A stretch of DNA of 64,000 nt from the human T2T-CHM13v2.0 reference genome, Homo sapiens. Location: NCBI RefSeq assembly GCF_009914755.1, contig NC_060934.1. One strand, written 5' to 3'. The notes under the pieces are model-generated. The model made no database searches. It was not told the origin of the DNA and worked only from the letters and a program-made list of their open reading frames with translations. Within the stretch, counting starts at the first letter, position 1. The number at the start of each line of letters is the position of its first letter. Position numbers and translations under genes: made by a program. Positions 1 to 25,521 of this stretch are shown here, in pieces.

Positions 1-121
1 CGATCTCGGCTCACTGCAACCTCCACCTCCTGGGTGCAAGTGATTCTCCTGCCTCAGGTGCATACCACTACGCCCAGTTAATTTTTTGTATGTTTAGTAG
101 AGACGGGGTTTCACCGTGTTA

Positions 122-337
<216 letters not shown>

Positions 338-934
338 TCACCTTGTGCCCTACATAGCCACAAAGCAAGCTAACAGAAAGCAAACTAATGACTCTCCTAA
401 GTGAGGACAGAACTGAGGTTTAATATAAATTCCATTGATATAGTTTGCTACTATACCAATGCTAATTTGCTCAGAAAGGCTAATATTATTGACTATTCCA
501 GATTTCAGTTAATTTCTCTTGTATATTTGTTTATTTTCTGTTATTAAAATGGTATGTGTTTGTTCAAAATTAACATTCAATAGGTATTTTAATGCCTTCT
601 GCTAAATGCCATACGCTGCCTTAGATGAGCCTCATGGAGTTTACAGTTCAGTAGGAGAGTCAGGTACTAAGTAAGCCTTGTGAAACCTAAATTTGGAGAA
701 TCCAGTTTTGATTAGGAAGTCAAGGAAGGTCTCATGGAGAGGGAGTCAAACTGAAACTCAAAGGGTGAATTAGGTTAAGAATACTTTGCTTGGCTCTAAG
801 ACAAGAAGGACACTAGCAAATTGGAACTGTTGAAGAAAGAGCTCTGAACGTTGGAGGCTGAGTAGTTGGAGAGATGACTAGTGTCAGATATATGTAGACC
901 ACATTAGAGAATACATTGTGTGTGTGTCTGTTTT

Positions 935-1761
<827 letters not shown>

Positions 1762-1906
1762 TGAGCCCAGGAGTTTGAGACCAGCCTGGGCAACAGAGTG
1801 AGACCCTGTCTCTACAAAAATTTTTTTAAAAAAGATCATTCTGGGCCGGGCGCGGTGGCTCATGCCTGTAATCCCAGCACTTTGGGAGGCCAAGGCGAGT
1901 GGATCA

Positions 1907-2209
<303 letters not shown>

Positions 2210-2851
2210 TTAAAAAGATTAGAAGACTAAATTTCATTGTGGCTAAAATAATCCATAACTATATCCAGTATCAAAATTGCTAATGGATTCTGTATTATTA
2301 CCAACTGATGTGTTTTGGCATTGATAAGCAATTGATTTTGTCCCTTATATTTGTCATATTCAGGATTTATAGAACAAGGCTTGTAGATTTTCTTTGGAAA
2401 AATTCACAGAAATTTTATTTTCCTTCATTATAGCCAGTTTTACTACAAGGGCTTTCACAGTGTAACATATCCTGTTCAGACCAAATATAGCAGTAGATTT
2501 TACAGTAAGTAGTGCATTATAGTAGTACATTTGGATTTGTGTGAGTACTTTGAATTGTGTAAATTCTGCTATAATAAAAGAACCTCATAAATAAAAGTAT
2601 AAATAAAGGTAATTTTTCAAGCCTAGCTGTTAAGAATTAACTTCTTAGATTTCTGACATATGTTAATATTTGATTATAGTGGTTTTGTATGGAAATGATT
2701 GAAATTATAGCATGCTGAAATTTGTTTAGGGTTTTTTTTTGGTCTTTTTGGTGGTTAAAAACACATAACATGAAATCTACCCTCTTAACATTGTACTTAA
2801 GTTGTTCAGTTTTGATGTAGTTTTTTTTTTTTTTCTTTCTTTCTTTTTTGA

Positions 2852-3139
<288 letters not shown>

Positions 3140-3287
3140 TAGCATTTGATATATGTTTTTATCATTTCCTTATGAACTCACAGATTTGCAGTCTATTTAA
3201 CCGTAGTTCATAGGTAATTAAATTCAAATTATAAAATGTAGTGACTGACTAAACATGATAATTATGACCATTTTCATTTTATTTCAG

Positions 3288-3437
3288 AGTTTTCTTGGAG
3301 GCTTTTTTGGTCCAATTTGTGAGATCGATATTGTTCTTAATGATGGGGAAACCAGGAAAATGGCAGAAATGAAAACTGAAGATGGCAAAGTAGAAAAACA
3401 CTATCTCTTCTATGACGGAGAATCCGTTTCAGGAAAG
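3288..3437 (+). CDS. VPS26A: VPS26A coding exon 2 (SFLGGFFGP...SVSGK)
   Basis: tttcag|AGT acceptor, AAG|gtaaat donor; 150 nt; translation matches the VPS26A N-terminus. Initiator ATG must come from exon 1 outside the window. Confidence 0.97.
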
Positions 3438-6400
3438 GTAAATCTTCTGTTTGACAAAACTATCTAATTGTAAGATATCAGAATTAGTTATCAAAGTGGT
3501 CTGTGCTGTTTCTTAAATTTGAATAATTTTATGAGGGAGAGAGATTTTTTTTTCCCTAAAGTTCAGCTAAAATATTTGATTGATTAGAAGATAATCTTTC
3601 CTGCAAAGGAAAGATTCTTACCCTGGAAGGCTTTCAAGGGAAGAGCCTCTAAATTTCATGCAAAATTTTCTGTTTAAGTCTCCTGTGTGGTTCATGAAAA
3701 AAAAAATATTTTTTTTTTCTGTTTGTGATTATGTGCTTCTGTCTGGTTTCAGACAGTTTCTTCAGATCGGAGCTGTAATTCACCCAAAGTTTGTTTTTCC
3801 TTTAACATTAAGTTAGAGATTGAGAGTAATTCTCTGGTATAACTTTCTAAAGGTTTTTTTACATTCTTTGTAACTTACCTCTCTGTACTGCTACTATTGT
3901 GTCTGTTGATCTTATTTCTAGGTACTCTGTAGAGGACTTGAGTACTTTTGGGATGTGTCTATGCATGGTCAGATATGTTTATGACGCCTTCTATAAGGTT
4001 TCACTTTTTTCCCCTTTTCTTTATCCGGTAATGTATACGGTTTTTTGTTTTGGGTTTTTTGGGTTTTTTGTTTTGTTTTGTTTCGTTTTTTAAATAGGGT
4101 CTCACTCTGTTGCTCAAGCTGGAGTGCAGTGGTGTGATCATGGCTTACTGCATGCGGCCTTGTACTCCTGGACTCAGGTGATTCTCCCACCTCATCCTCT
4201 CTGGTAGCTGGGACTACAGGCACACACCACCACTTCAGCTAATTTTTTAATTTTTTTGTAGAGATGGGGTTTGTCCATGTTGCCCAGGCTAGTCTTGAAC
4301 TTCTGGGCTCAAGCAACCCACCCACGTAGGCCTACAAAAGTGCTGGGATTACAGGTTTGAGCCACCACACCTGACTGATTATTCTTATATTTTAGGGAGT
4401 ATGATCAATACTTATTAGTGGTCAGTGATAGTGGAGAATGGTAATATCATAGACAAAAGCAAACCACAAAACATTTGAAATAATTTAAAAATAGAAAATA
4501 CTAGGATTTTTCTCCCCTGCTTGTTCAGTTAATATATTCATGTGGTAGACAGTTTTGGAAATATATATAATCTCTTCATATAGAAATAATTCACTGTTAA
4601 AATTTGGATGTGTTTCCTCTAATCTCCGCATTAATTGATATTTATGTATATGTAATATATTCAGCATACTTTTTCCTCTATTGTTTGATATTTAAGCAGT
4701 TTCTGTTTTTCAGATGGCTTTCTTCATATCTTTGGTAATATGGACATCGGTATACGTAAATTTTTCTCTAAATTTCTGTAGGACGAGATTATTTCCTTAG
4801 AATAGATTGCTGAAAGTGAGCTGCTAGGCCAAAATTCGTGAAATATCTGAAGGATCTTAATACACATTAATCTGGAAAATGTATTTGCATTAAATTACAT
4901 GTCCACCTGTGGGTCTTTTTCACCCAAGGCAGCATTGAATATGATCACTTTGTAATCTTTGCTATTTTGGTAGGCAGAAACAATCTTATTATTTTAATTT
5001 GCATTTCTTTGGTTACTAGATAAATTGAACTTAGATTTACCAGCCATGTGAGGTTATTTTTTTTTTTTGTACTGCATTGTCTCTTCTGGTCCTTTGCCAG
5101 ATTACCTACTGGGGTCTTAGTGTTGAATCCGAAGTGAATTTTTGGTTTTCAACTTTACTTCCCTTTTATTCTTCCTTTTAAAAGATGAAAAAAGAAAAAG
5201 GCCAAGTGCAGTGGCTCACACCTTTAATCCCATCACTTTAGGAGGCCGAGGAGGGAGGATCACTTGAGCCCAGGAATTCAAGACCAGCTTGGGCAACATG
5301 GGGAGACCCTGTATCTATTTAAAAAAAAAAAATGGAGAAAAAGGCCTAAAGAAGAGCAGACAATCATCAAAAGGATGGAGCATGTCAAATGAAAGAAGAG
5401 TAAAAGTAGTAGTGTTTGGCCTATTGAAATGACTTGTTAATGGGCTGGGGGCATAGGAATACCAATCTAGCTTTCTTTCTAGGGAGAGACTGAACCTAGC
5501 ATCTCAGGTATTTCTTTTACAGATATGACATGTAAATATCTCTCCTACTAATTTGTAAGCTCCTTAAGTTCAGGGGATCAGAGTGTGCTTCTGTAGTCTC
5601 CATAAAATACATGATAGTGTTGATTATATAATAGGCTTTCACTAAATATTTATTTGGTTTATTTACTGTTTTTAAGTCTTGTAGAGAATATCTTCAGTCT
5701 AGTTTAAAGTAATCTTATGTCACCTGGACCAGTTGAAGTTCATGGCTGATGTTTATGGGATAAAGGAAAAGGGGGGTGTTTAAAGTAAAAGTAAAGCTAC
5801 TCCAGTGTGTTCTTTAAAAAGAATAGTTGGTGTTCAAATTACATTTTGATCCTGGGTGTGGTGGCTCATGCCTGTAATCCCAGCTCTTTGGGAGGCTGAG
5901 GAGGGAGGATTGTTTGAGCCCAAGAGTTCAAGACCAGATTGGGCAATGTAGCAAGATCCTGTCTCTAACACTAAGTAAATAATTTTTTTAAAAATTACAT
6001 TTTGGAATTGCTGGAAACCATACGTAGACCTGATCAACTATGGATAGCATTTTTTAAAATGATAAGATCTCTTATAGGTAAGTATTTTCAGTTCAAAAGT
6101 TACTATATCTTGAATCTGATTGTTTATTGGTTTGAGATTTTTTTCATTTTTAATGTTTTTATTGAAAAAACACGTGTAGAAAACCATATACAACAAAAAT
6201 AAATTATTATAAGGCATATTTTCTTATTATCACCATCCAAGTCAAGAAGTAGTACTTTGCCAGCTACCCCATGTGTCCTGTCTCCATCACACTCCCATCC
6301 CCTCAAAAGTAACCAGTGTACTGACTTTTATAGTAGTACTTTCTTGTGTTTGTTTAGTCTTGCTCATTTAAGAAAAATTTGGTACGGTTTTTAAATCTCT

Positions 6401-7145
6401 CTTAATCTCAGGTTCCCTCTTCATACCTTTCTTTAACTTGCAATATCTGTTGAAGAACACTTGGTCATTTGAATTGTAGAGTTCTCTGTGTTTGTGTATT
6501 CCTGGTACAGTTATTGCCTATCAGTTGGCAGCTAGGTCCAGAGGCTTGAATCAAACTCAAGTTTGATTCTTCTGGCAAGAATATAGGTGGTGGTGTGTTT
6601 TTCCATTGCAGGTGCAAAATGTCTGGTTTTCTTTCTCTGTCATTTTTCTTTTCTTTTCTTTTTTTTTTTTTGAGACAGAGTCTTGCTCTGTCCCCCAGGC
6701 TGGAGTGCAGTGGCGTGATCTTGGCTCCTGCAACTTCCCGCTTCCTGGGTCCAAGTGATTCTCCTGCCTCAGCCTCCTGAGTAGCTGGGATTACAGGCAC
6801 GCGCCACGACATCCGGCTAATTTTCGTATTTTTATTTTTAACAGAGACGGGATTTCACCATGTTGGGTCAGGCTGGTCTCGAACTTCTGACCTCGTGATC
6901 CGCCCAGCTCAGCCTCCCAAAGTGCTGGATTACAGGCGTGAGCTACCATGGCTGGCCTTTTTTCTTTTTTGCAACTGTTGATACTCAGTACCTAGATTGA
7001 TTTAACTCATTGGGAGTTGCAGAATGGTGATACTTTAAATTCTGTTATTTTGTTTTTACTTATGAAATGGAATACATTTACAAAGAGACGTTATCTATAT
7101 CTTGTGACCTAGTGGTACAGCTCATATAGAAAAAAGAATGCTTGA

Positions 7146-7415
<270 letters not shown>

Positions 7416-7619
7416 TGATCCGCCCGCCTCAGCCTCCCAAAGTGCTGGGATTACAGGCGTGAGCCACCGTGCCTGGCCTTTGGCGTGTTTTAAAAAATAA
7501 TAACTTGGTTCCTTATCTTCCAAAGGTGTAAACTACTAGTTTTATTTCTCAATAACTTATATAAACTCATGATTTAAACATACTTGATGTTTATAAATAT
7601 TGCCCTATTGAAGCTCTAG

Positions 7620-8185
7620 TTGTATAATCCTCTGTAACAAATTACCACAAACTTAGCAACCTAAAATAACAAATTTATGTCTTAGGATTTTTGTGATTTA
7701 GAAGTCCAGGTGGAGGTTAGCTGGGTCCTATGCTCAGGGACTTACCAGGTTAAAATCAATCCAAGGTTGCAGTCTCGTCTGAAGTTCAGGATTTTCTTCC
7801 AGGCTCACTGGTTTTTGGCAGAAATTTCCTTGTTGTGCTATGACTGATACCCTTGTTTCTTGTGCAGTAGGCTGTCTGTTCCTATAGGTTGCCCTCAGAT
7901 CCTTGCTGAGTGGCCCCTTTCTCTCAGTTTGCGTTGTCTTCAAGGCCAGGAGGAGACCATCACTCTGACATTCATCTTCTTTTAAAGAGCTTACCTGGTT
8001 TGATCAATTCCAGTTAGGATAACCTCCCTTTTGATTAACTAAAAAAATCAACTGATTAGTAACCTGATCACAGGAGTGGTATCCTATCATATTCACTGGA
8101 CTCACCCACACTCAAGAGGATTATACACATGTGTACACCATGGGATAGTAATATTGAGGGCTATCTTAGAATTCTGCCTACCACA
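7620..8185 (-). mobile_element. MaLR LTR (MLT1F-like)
   Basis: GTAACAAATTACCACAAACTTAGC...ATCTTAGAATTCTGCCTACCACA. Confidence 0.75.
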
Positions 8186-8239
8186 TTTGTATTGACTCTT
8201 ATGAAAGGACATGGGGGCCCTAGGATTTTTCTTTTTTTA

Positions 8240-8830
8240 AGCTGTATTGAGAGATATATATATATATATATTCGCCATAAAAATTCACCCATTTTAAGTG
8301 TGCTTAAAATTTTTAGTAAATTTAGAGTTGTACAACTATCACCACTAATTCCAGAACATTTTCATTACTCCAGAAATTTTTAAAAATGCTGTACCATTAG
8401 CAGTCATTCTCCATTTCCCCTCCTTCCAGTCTCTGACAACCCCTGATCTCTGTTTCTATGAATTTGCCTATTCTGGACATTTCATATAAATGGAATTATA
8501 CAATGTGTGGTCTTTTCCTATTTTGTTTCTTTCACTTAGTATAATGTATTTGAGATTCATCAATATTGTAGCATTTGTTATTAGTATATCATTGTTTTTT
8601 ATTGATGAATAGTATTCCATTTTATGGCTATACCACATTCTTGTTTATGCATTCACCAGTTGGTGGGTATTTGGGATGTTTCTACTTTTTTGCTGTTGTG
8701 ACTAATGCTGATGTGAACATTTGTGTAGCAGTTTTGTGTGGACCTATATTTTCCTTTCTCTTGAGCATGTACCTGGGAGTGGAATTGCTGCCTTATGTTA
8801 AATATGTTTAAGTTTTTAATAAACTGCCAA
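8240..8830 (-). mobile_element. L1M 3' end fragment
   Basis: ATTTGCCTATTCTGGACATTTCATATAAATGGAAT and GGAGTGGAATTGCTG motifs. Confidence 0.8.
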
Positions 8831-9633
8831 AGACCTTAGGAGTTTTTGGTGGCTTTCTTGCTAACTGGTATGACAAGATGTTTAAGGGTCTTTTGTGTTT
8901 CTGCTTCATACCTGCACTCAGCCGTATCTTTCAAGGCCATAGTTGCATGCAAAGATTGCTCATTGCTACAGTGTTGGACATTATTTCTAGGCTGCTCAGT
9001 GGATAGATGGGGAGAGTTTTTAAATATAGATTTAATAAATTTATTTTTATTTGTGTATATTGTTTAAGATAAAATACTTCAGGAATCATATTGTCATTTC
9101 CAATTCAATTTGAAAATTAGAAGTTTTTACTTAACCTCTTATGTTACATGTATATCTCCTTTCTTCTGCATCAAGAATACTGATTTTCAGAGTCAAAGGA
9201 AGATGTAATTAGCATATCCCATAATTTACTCAATATCTTTACCCCACATTATATACATAATAGTCTCAGAATAACAATACTAACATTACCACTATCAATA
9301 TGATTATGAAGTTAGTTAAAAAAAATTTAGCATTTGCTATTTGTTTTACTCACATTTCTTAAATGTACCATAGTAAGTACATTGTCAGAGTGTATAGTAA
9401 TTATATACTTTATGTGCTTCCTTTCGCCCTCACTTAGTCTTGGTTTTATAAATAACTGTTCATATAGTGTGCACCACCAGTCCTTATATCTTTGTCTCTT
9501 TATTTGTTTCATTGTCTGAAGCTTATTCTCTAGTTACTAGAGTCTAATAGATTCCTCAGGAAATGCTCATGGGAACAATAAGGCCTAAGTTTTTGCATAT
9601 TGGTAATGGCTTTTTTGTGTCCTTTACACTTAA

Positions 9634-9927
<294 letters not shown>

Positions 9928-10481
9928 TGATCCGCCTGCCTTGGCCTCCCAAAGTGCTGGGATTACAGATATGATCCATCGTGCCCGGCCTTCTTGAGTG
10001 TTTTAAATCTATTATTACTGCATTGTCTTCTGGCATAGGGTATTGTTAACAGTTTTTTCATTTGAGGAAAGTTTTCTTGAATTACAGCCATTATTAATTA
10101 GTATTTATTCCATTCCTTTGCTTTGGTTTTCTTCTTGATATCAGTATTTTTGAGTCTTGTTTGAGTGTGGTTTTTTGCTCTTGTATTCCTTCTGCTTATC
10201 CTTTATTTCTAAAATGATTTTTACTTCTATTTCTAATTCTTTTCTGATTTTTCTCACCCTAGCTTAAGATTTTCTTTCATGTATTGTATCATTTTCTTAA
10301 TATCGTATAGCCTGTTTTGAAATAAATTACAGTTTTGATCTATCTTGTCTGTAGAAATGCCATTCTGTTCCTTCTCTTTTTTTCTTAAAATAACTTTGTA
10401 TGGGATTTGACCTTGATATATTTATGTTGCTAATTTTTATGTGAAATTAGTTTTCCCCAATGTTTTTTTTTTTTGAGATAA

Positions 10482-10616
<135 letters not shown>

Positions 10617-10888
10617 TAGCTAATTAAAAAATATATATTTTTTGTAGAGACAGGGTCTTGCTATGTTGCTCAGGCTGGTCTCAAACTCCTGAGCTCAAGT
10701 GATCCTCCCATCCTGGCCTCCCAAAGTGCTGAGATGTGAGCCACTGCACCCGACCTTCTCCTGAACTTTTTGTCTTTTCGTGATAGAGTCTCACTCTGTC
10801 ACCCATGTTGGAGTGCAGTGGCACGATTTCAGCTCACTGCAACCTCCGTCTCCCAGGCTAAAGCGATCTTCCCATCTCTGCCTCCTGA

Positions 10889-11086
<198 letters not shown>

Positions 11087-11597
11087 TGATGGTTTGGTTT
11101 AGGATAGTTTTTCTAACCACCTATCCTAGACAGCAGGCCTGACTGGTCAGTTTTGAGTGTTCTAATATTATTGGATTGTGCAAAACTCCTTCCAGCGTTA
11201 GCTCTTATTCTCAGATTGACACCATGCTTTCCAGTGAATATATATGAGTAATTTGGGAGTTCTTAGGTCCATCAGACACTCCATTGCATTCTTTGATTCC
11301 TCCTGCACAACCCTAGTATCATGCAGGTTTTGTGGCTATTAACCTGGTTTGTCCCTACGCATTATGTTTTGGGATTGTGGGAATACTTTATCTTTTTCTG
11401 TGGTAAATTGGATCCTTAGATTTTTTTGGTTTTGCTGTCTAGTTGGTCCATCTGTTTTTATGTGACGATCTGGGGAGATTCAAAGACTATGTTGCCATCT
11501 TCCCAGAAATTGATCTGAGATTCTAAAAGGCCATGTGTAACCATTCTGGCAGTTTAGCAATATGTATCAAAATCTTCAAAAGTGGATATCATTTATA

Positions 11598-11970
11598 GTA
11601 GCCAGAATAGTCTGGATTATTACTATGTAAGAGACAACCCCAAAACTCAGTGACTTAAAAACAACAGTGGCAGTGGCTTCTTTCTTGCCCAGGCAACATG
11701 TTCCTTGTGAGTTAGCTGAGGGCCTTATTCTGTGCCATGCTCAGTGATGGAGCAGCCAGGAACATCACACTCATCATGGCTGAGGGAGAGAAATCTCTGC
11801 AGAGTCTTTCACAAGCCATTAAAATGCCCCATCCTAGAAGTAACAAAGAGCATTTCTGATCAAATTTATTGTCTCTAGAAACAGTCTTGTTCGTACCTCA
11901 CCCAGCCACAAGAGGGTAGGGAATACAATCATACCATGCACTCAGAATGTATGCAGCTGGAAATATTTGA
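11598..11970 (-). mobile_element. Old MaLR LTR (MLT1J/K-like)
   Basis: ACAACCCCAAAACTCAGTGACTTAAAAACAAC motif. Confidence 0.55.
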
Positions 11971-12208
11971 GCAGTGCCTGTATTGATTAATATTATTTTG
12001 ATCCACAGATTCTTCTGATCAGATTTTATCCTAAAATAATCAACTTTGTTCATTTCACTGTTTATAATATTCAAAAATTGAAAGCCACTTAAATGTCCAG
12101 ACATTAAAAAACCTAATTATGGTAATAACCATTAAGTGCTTAGGGCCATTATTAATGTGATTATATTGATCTGTATTCATTCACATGAAAAGAGGTTTGC
12201 TATAATAA

Positions 12209-12546
<338 letters not shown>

Positions 12547-12767
12547 TAGGCGTGAGCCACCATACCAGGCCTTTTTTTTTTTTTTTTTTTTGAGGTGGGG
12601 TCTCACTGTGTTGCCCAGGCTGAGTGTAGTGTCATGATTACGGCTCACTGCAGCCTCATCCCCCTGGGGGCCCAAGTAATCCTCCTACCTCAGCCTCCCA
12701 AGTAGCTGGGACCGCAGACATATGAACCACCCTGCCTGGCTAATTAAAAAAATTTTTTTTTTTATAG

Positions 12768-12890
<123 letters not shown>

Positions 12891-12899
12891 TGAAAGATT

Positions 12900-13565
12900 A
12901 TCTTGTGTTCAGTAAAATTAGGATAACTAAAGAAAATGAAAAAAGTGGTATAGATTTGTAATAACCTCAGAAAGACTATCTTGACAACGAGCTTGAGGCT
13001 TTTAAAGCTAAGAAAGACATTTTAAACCTCATATTTAGAATAAGATGAATAAGAAAATAATATGCTCATTTGGCACACTTATTTTAATATAACAAATGCA
13101 AAAGAAAGCTTTCCCCCCACTATTCAAAAAAAAAAAAAAGATTTAAATTGGGAAAGGTAGGATCATTAAAAATTAAAACAGAATGAAAGCTTTGTTATGG
13201 TTAAGAAGATTAAAAATAAACTAACTAGTTTTCAAACATCCTGGTGACCATACCAGACAAATGCTATGCGATAATACTGAAAGAATTTTGCAGAACTGGT
13301 CACCAAATCTCTGCTAGGAGTCCTTTAGTAATTGTGGAAAATGAGAGAGGTTCTAGAATATAAGAAAAGCCCTTATTTATAAAATGGGGTAGAAAGTTTG
13401 TTTCAGGTAAACTTAATATTGGTTCCTGACATATCTTTAGATTATTAAATAGGTGATCAGTGAACATGCTGAAAAGAAAGCTTAAAGGAAAAAGAGGAGG
13501 AAACAACGGGTTGTTTACGACCAAGCATGTGTCACTAAGAACAAATCTTGCCACACCAATCTAGG
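12900..13565 (+). mobile_element. L3/CR1 LINE reverse-transcriptase relic
   Basis: Degraded CR1 ORF2 motifs in order: ILKE(F/L)AD, IYKMG (IFKKG), VNLILVP (VSLTSIP), and CAAGCATGTGTCACTAAGAACAAATCTTGCCACACCAATCTA (QHGFTKNKSCQTNL). Confidence 0.7.
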
Positions 13566-14270
13566 GTTTGTGAAATGTCCTGGTGTAATAAAAAGATCAC
13601 TGGGCTAGCACTGGAAGATCTAGCCTTAACTTTACTGCTGTCTTGGTAGGTAACTCTGGACAGTCATTTAATTTCCTGGATCTCACCTATAAGTTTAGGA
13701 GGTTAGACTGCCTCATTGGTTTCCAAACTTGGCTTTGCACTGTAGGATGCTCTGCATGAAAATCTTTCATATATTAGATATTATGTTGGATCTTGGAGGT
13801 CTGACATCTCGCCCACAGCAAGAATAAATTCCTTTTTAATATTCCTGACGTGAGTTTCTGTATGCCTACTTTTCAGAGTGTGGGGATTCTGCTGTTCTGT
13901 TAACAGTATCCACTCTGCTTTTTAGAGATACGCAAAATAAATCTAATCCTTTTCTAAGTAAGAGTTCTCTCTAAGCATTTTCCACATCACTGTCTTGTTT
14001 ATCCTGTCTTCTCTAAGCTAAATATGCTATTTCCTTTAGTTATTGTTCAAGAACCCTGGGTTTTGAGTCTTTATCACCCAGATTGCTTTCTTTTAGTTTT
14101 CAAATTAAATTTAATTTTTTTGAGACAGGGTCTTGCTGTGTCACCCAGGCTGGAGTGTAGTGATGTGGTCATGGCTCATTGTAGCCTTGACCTCTCAAGC
14201 TCAGGCGATCCTCTCACCTCAGCCTCCCAAGTAGCTCAGACAACAGGCACACACCACCATGCTCAGCTAA

Positions 14271-14417
<147 letters not shown>

Positions 14418-14489
14418 TAACTATATAGAAAACTGGTTTGCATTATCTGTATCCAGCAGTTCCACTCCTAGATACATACTCAAGAGCTC

Positions 14490-18221
<3,732 letters not shown>

Positions 18222-19107
18222 TGAGTAGCTTGGACCACAGGCATGTGCCACCATGCCCACCTAATTTTTATATTTTTTTGTAGAGACAGGATTTCGCCAT
18301 TGTGCCCCAGCTGATCTCGAACTACTGGACTCGAGATTAGCATGCCTCGGCCTCCCACAGTGCTGGGATTACAGGCATGAGCCACCGTGCCCAGCCCCTG
18401 TATTGTGTTTTCATATGAAAACTTTGTCAAACTCTTTAGGTATTGCTGAGAATTTTTTTTTTATAAATATGAAATAGCTACTGTCACAACAGGCAGAGAA
18501 TAAAAGAACCTCTTATTGTATCTATTTAAGGTAAAGAGATATTTAGTAATTAAGATAGTTGGTAATTATTTCAAAGTGAGATATTATTTTAGAAGTCAAT
18601 TTTCACTGTTCTCTACTTTCATTTGTAAGACATTTTTATTTCTTTTTTAGAAATTGAATCTGTGGCAAGTAAAATGGCTTGAGGTGGTACTACTATTGAC
18701 AAGCCACTTAGAGTGAACTCTGGATCTATTCCCTGTTGCAAAAGTCAACACAGGGGTTGACTTTTGTTTAGTCCAAGATTATAGTAGTTTATAGTTTAGT
18801 TCTTTAAGCAAGGAATATTTTTGTGGCATCTTTCATCAATATGCATATGGACTATGACAGCAGTTGCAAACTAATCTTGGATTTCCACTGGCAGCAGTTG
18901 GAAACTAATTTTGGATAATCACAATATCCAGCAACAATAATATACAGATAATTTGGTGTCTGATTTTAAAATGAGTGTATAAATGGTGTGTGGTACATTG
19001 ATAGTATATGTTTGTCTTAAACAGTGTAGAATAATGTAACTCCTTAAATAAATTCTGAAGATAGCATTATTCGAGACATCTCTAGAATATTGTATACTGA
19101 GGCATGA

Positions 19108-19377
<270 letters not shown>

Positions 19378-21351
19378 TGATCTGCCTGCCTCAGCCTCCC
19401 AAAGTGCTGGGATTACCAGTGTGAGCCACCGCGCCCAGCCAAGAGTATGTTTTGTATGTAGATCTGTTTTTTTTTACGTTCATTTTAAACCTATGTAGTC
19501 TCAAGTATCTGCACACAAATTATTCATTAATAGCAAAGGGGAGAATAATAACTTTAAATTAGAGAAACTTGGTAGATTAACCAAGTGACCAAAATTAACA
19601 TCAATCAGTATTGGGACAAACTGGCATTGTATGCTTCCTAATATGATGCATTGAAATAGATACAACTACACTTTTGTGGTCTTTTTTCCAAAAGTGTGTA
19701 AGCTGAGTCTAACTGTGATGAAACATCAGACACACCAAATTGAGGTACAGTCTATAAACTGTCCTGTATTTTTAAATAAGTCAGGGTCAAGAAAGATGAT
19801 GATTGAGGAATGTTCTAGATTAAAAAGGATACTAAAGAGATATGTAATCCTGGACTGGAGAGGAAAAGACTATAAAGTACATTATTGGAACACATTTAAA
19901 ATTTTTTTTTAAGACAGTGTCTCCTGTCGCCCAGCATGGAGTGCAGTGGTGTGATAATGGCTCACTGTAGCCACAAACTACTGAGCTCAAGTGATCCTCA
20001 CACCTCAGCCTCCCAAAGTGCCAGGAGTACAGGTCTGAGCCACTGTGCCTGTCCCTATTGGAACAATTGATAGAATTTGAATATAGACCATGGAATGTTA
20101 ACTTTCTTGGTGTTTTTTTTTTTTTTTTTTTTGAGATGGAGTCTTCGTCTGTCACCCAGGCTGGAGTGCAGTGGCATGATCTCAGCTCACTGCAGCCTCT
20201 GCCTCCCAGGTTGAAGTGATTCTCTAGCCTCAGCTTCCTGAGTAGCTGGAACAGGCGCGTGCCATCACGCCCTACTAATTTTTGTATTTTTAGTAGAAAT
20301 AGGGTTTCACCATGTGGGCCAGGCTGGTCTCTTAACTCCTGACCTCAAGTGATCCACCTGCCTTGGCCTCCCAAAGTGCTGGGATTACAGGCGTGAGCTA
20401 CTGCACCTGGCCCTCATTTATTTTATTTTATTTTTATTTATTTTTTATTTGAGACTGAGTCTTACTCTGTCATCCAGGCTGGAGTGCAGTGGCTCTCTGC
20501 AAACTGTGCCTCCCGGGTTCTAGTGATACTCCCACCTCAGCCTCCCAATTTGCTGGGACTAGAGGCATGCACCATCACACCTGGCTAATTTTTGTATTTT
20601 TTTGTAGAAAACGGGGTTTCACCATGTTGGTCAGGCTGGTCTTGAACTCCTGACCTGAAGCGGTCCGCTCACCTCAGCCTCCCAAAGTGCTGGGATTACA
20701 GGCGTGGGCCACTGCGCCCGGCCCAACTTTCCTGATTTTGATAATTGCACTGTGATTATGTAAGAGAATGCGAATTTTCTTTTCTTTTTTGAGATGGAGT
20801 GTCCCTCAGGCTGGAGTGCAGTAGCACGATCTCGGCTCACTGCAAGCTCCACCTCCTGGGTTTCACACCATTCTCCTGCCTCGGCCTCCTGAGTAGCTGG
20901 GACTACAGGCGCCTACCACCACACCCGGCTAATTTTTTGTATTTTTAGTAGAGACGGGGTTTCACCATGTTACCCAGGATGGTCTAGATCTCCTGACCTC
21001 ATGATCTGCCTGCCCTGGCCTCCCAAAGTGCTGGGATTACAGGCGTGAGCCACCGCGCCCGGCAGAGAATGTCTGTTTTCTTAGGAAATACATATGAAAT
21101 GTTTAGGGGTAATGGAGCATCATGTCTCCAACTTACTCTTTGTTGTGGAAAAAAGTATATATATGCATGCCCATATATATGTAGAGAGATGATGATAAAG
21201 CAGATGGGGCAGAATATAAAACTTGTGCTGAATCTGGGTAAAGGTTATGTGAGATTTCCTTGTGCTATTCTTGCAAGTTTTTTGCAAGTTTTTGAATTAT
21301 AATAAGAAGTTAGAAAAGTATAACTGAATTGGTATTAAGACTCTTGACATA

Positions 21352-25521
<4,170 letters not shown>

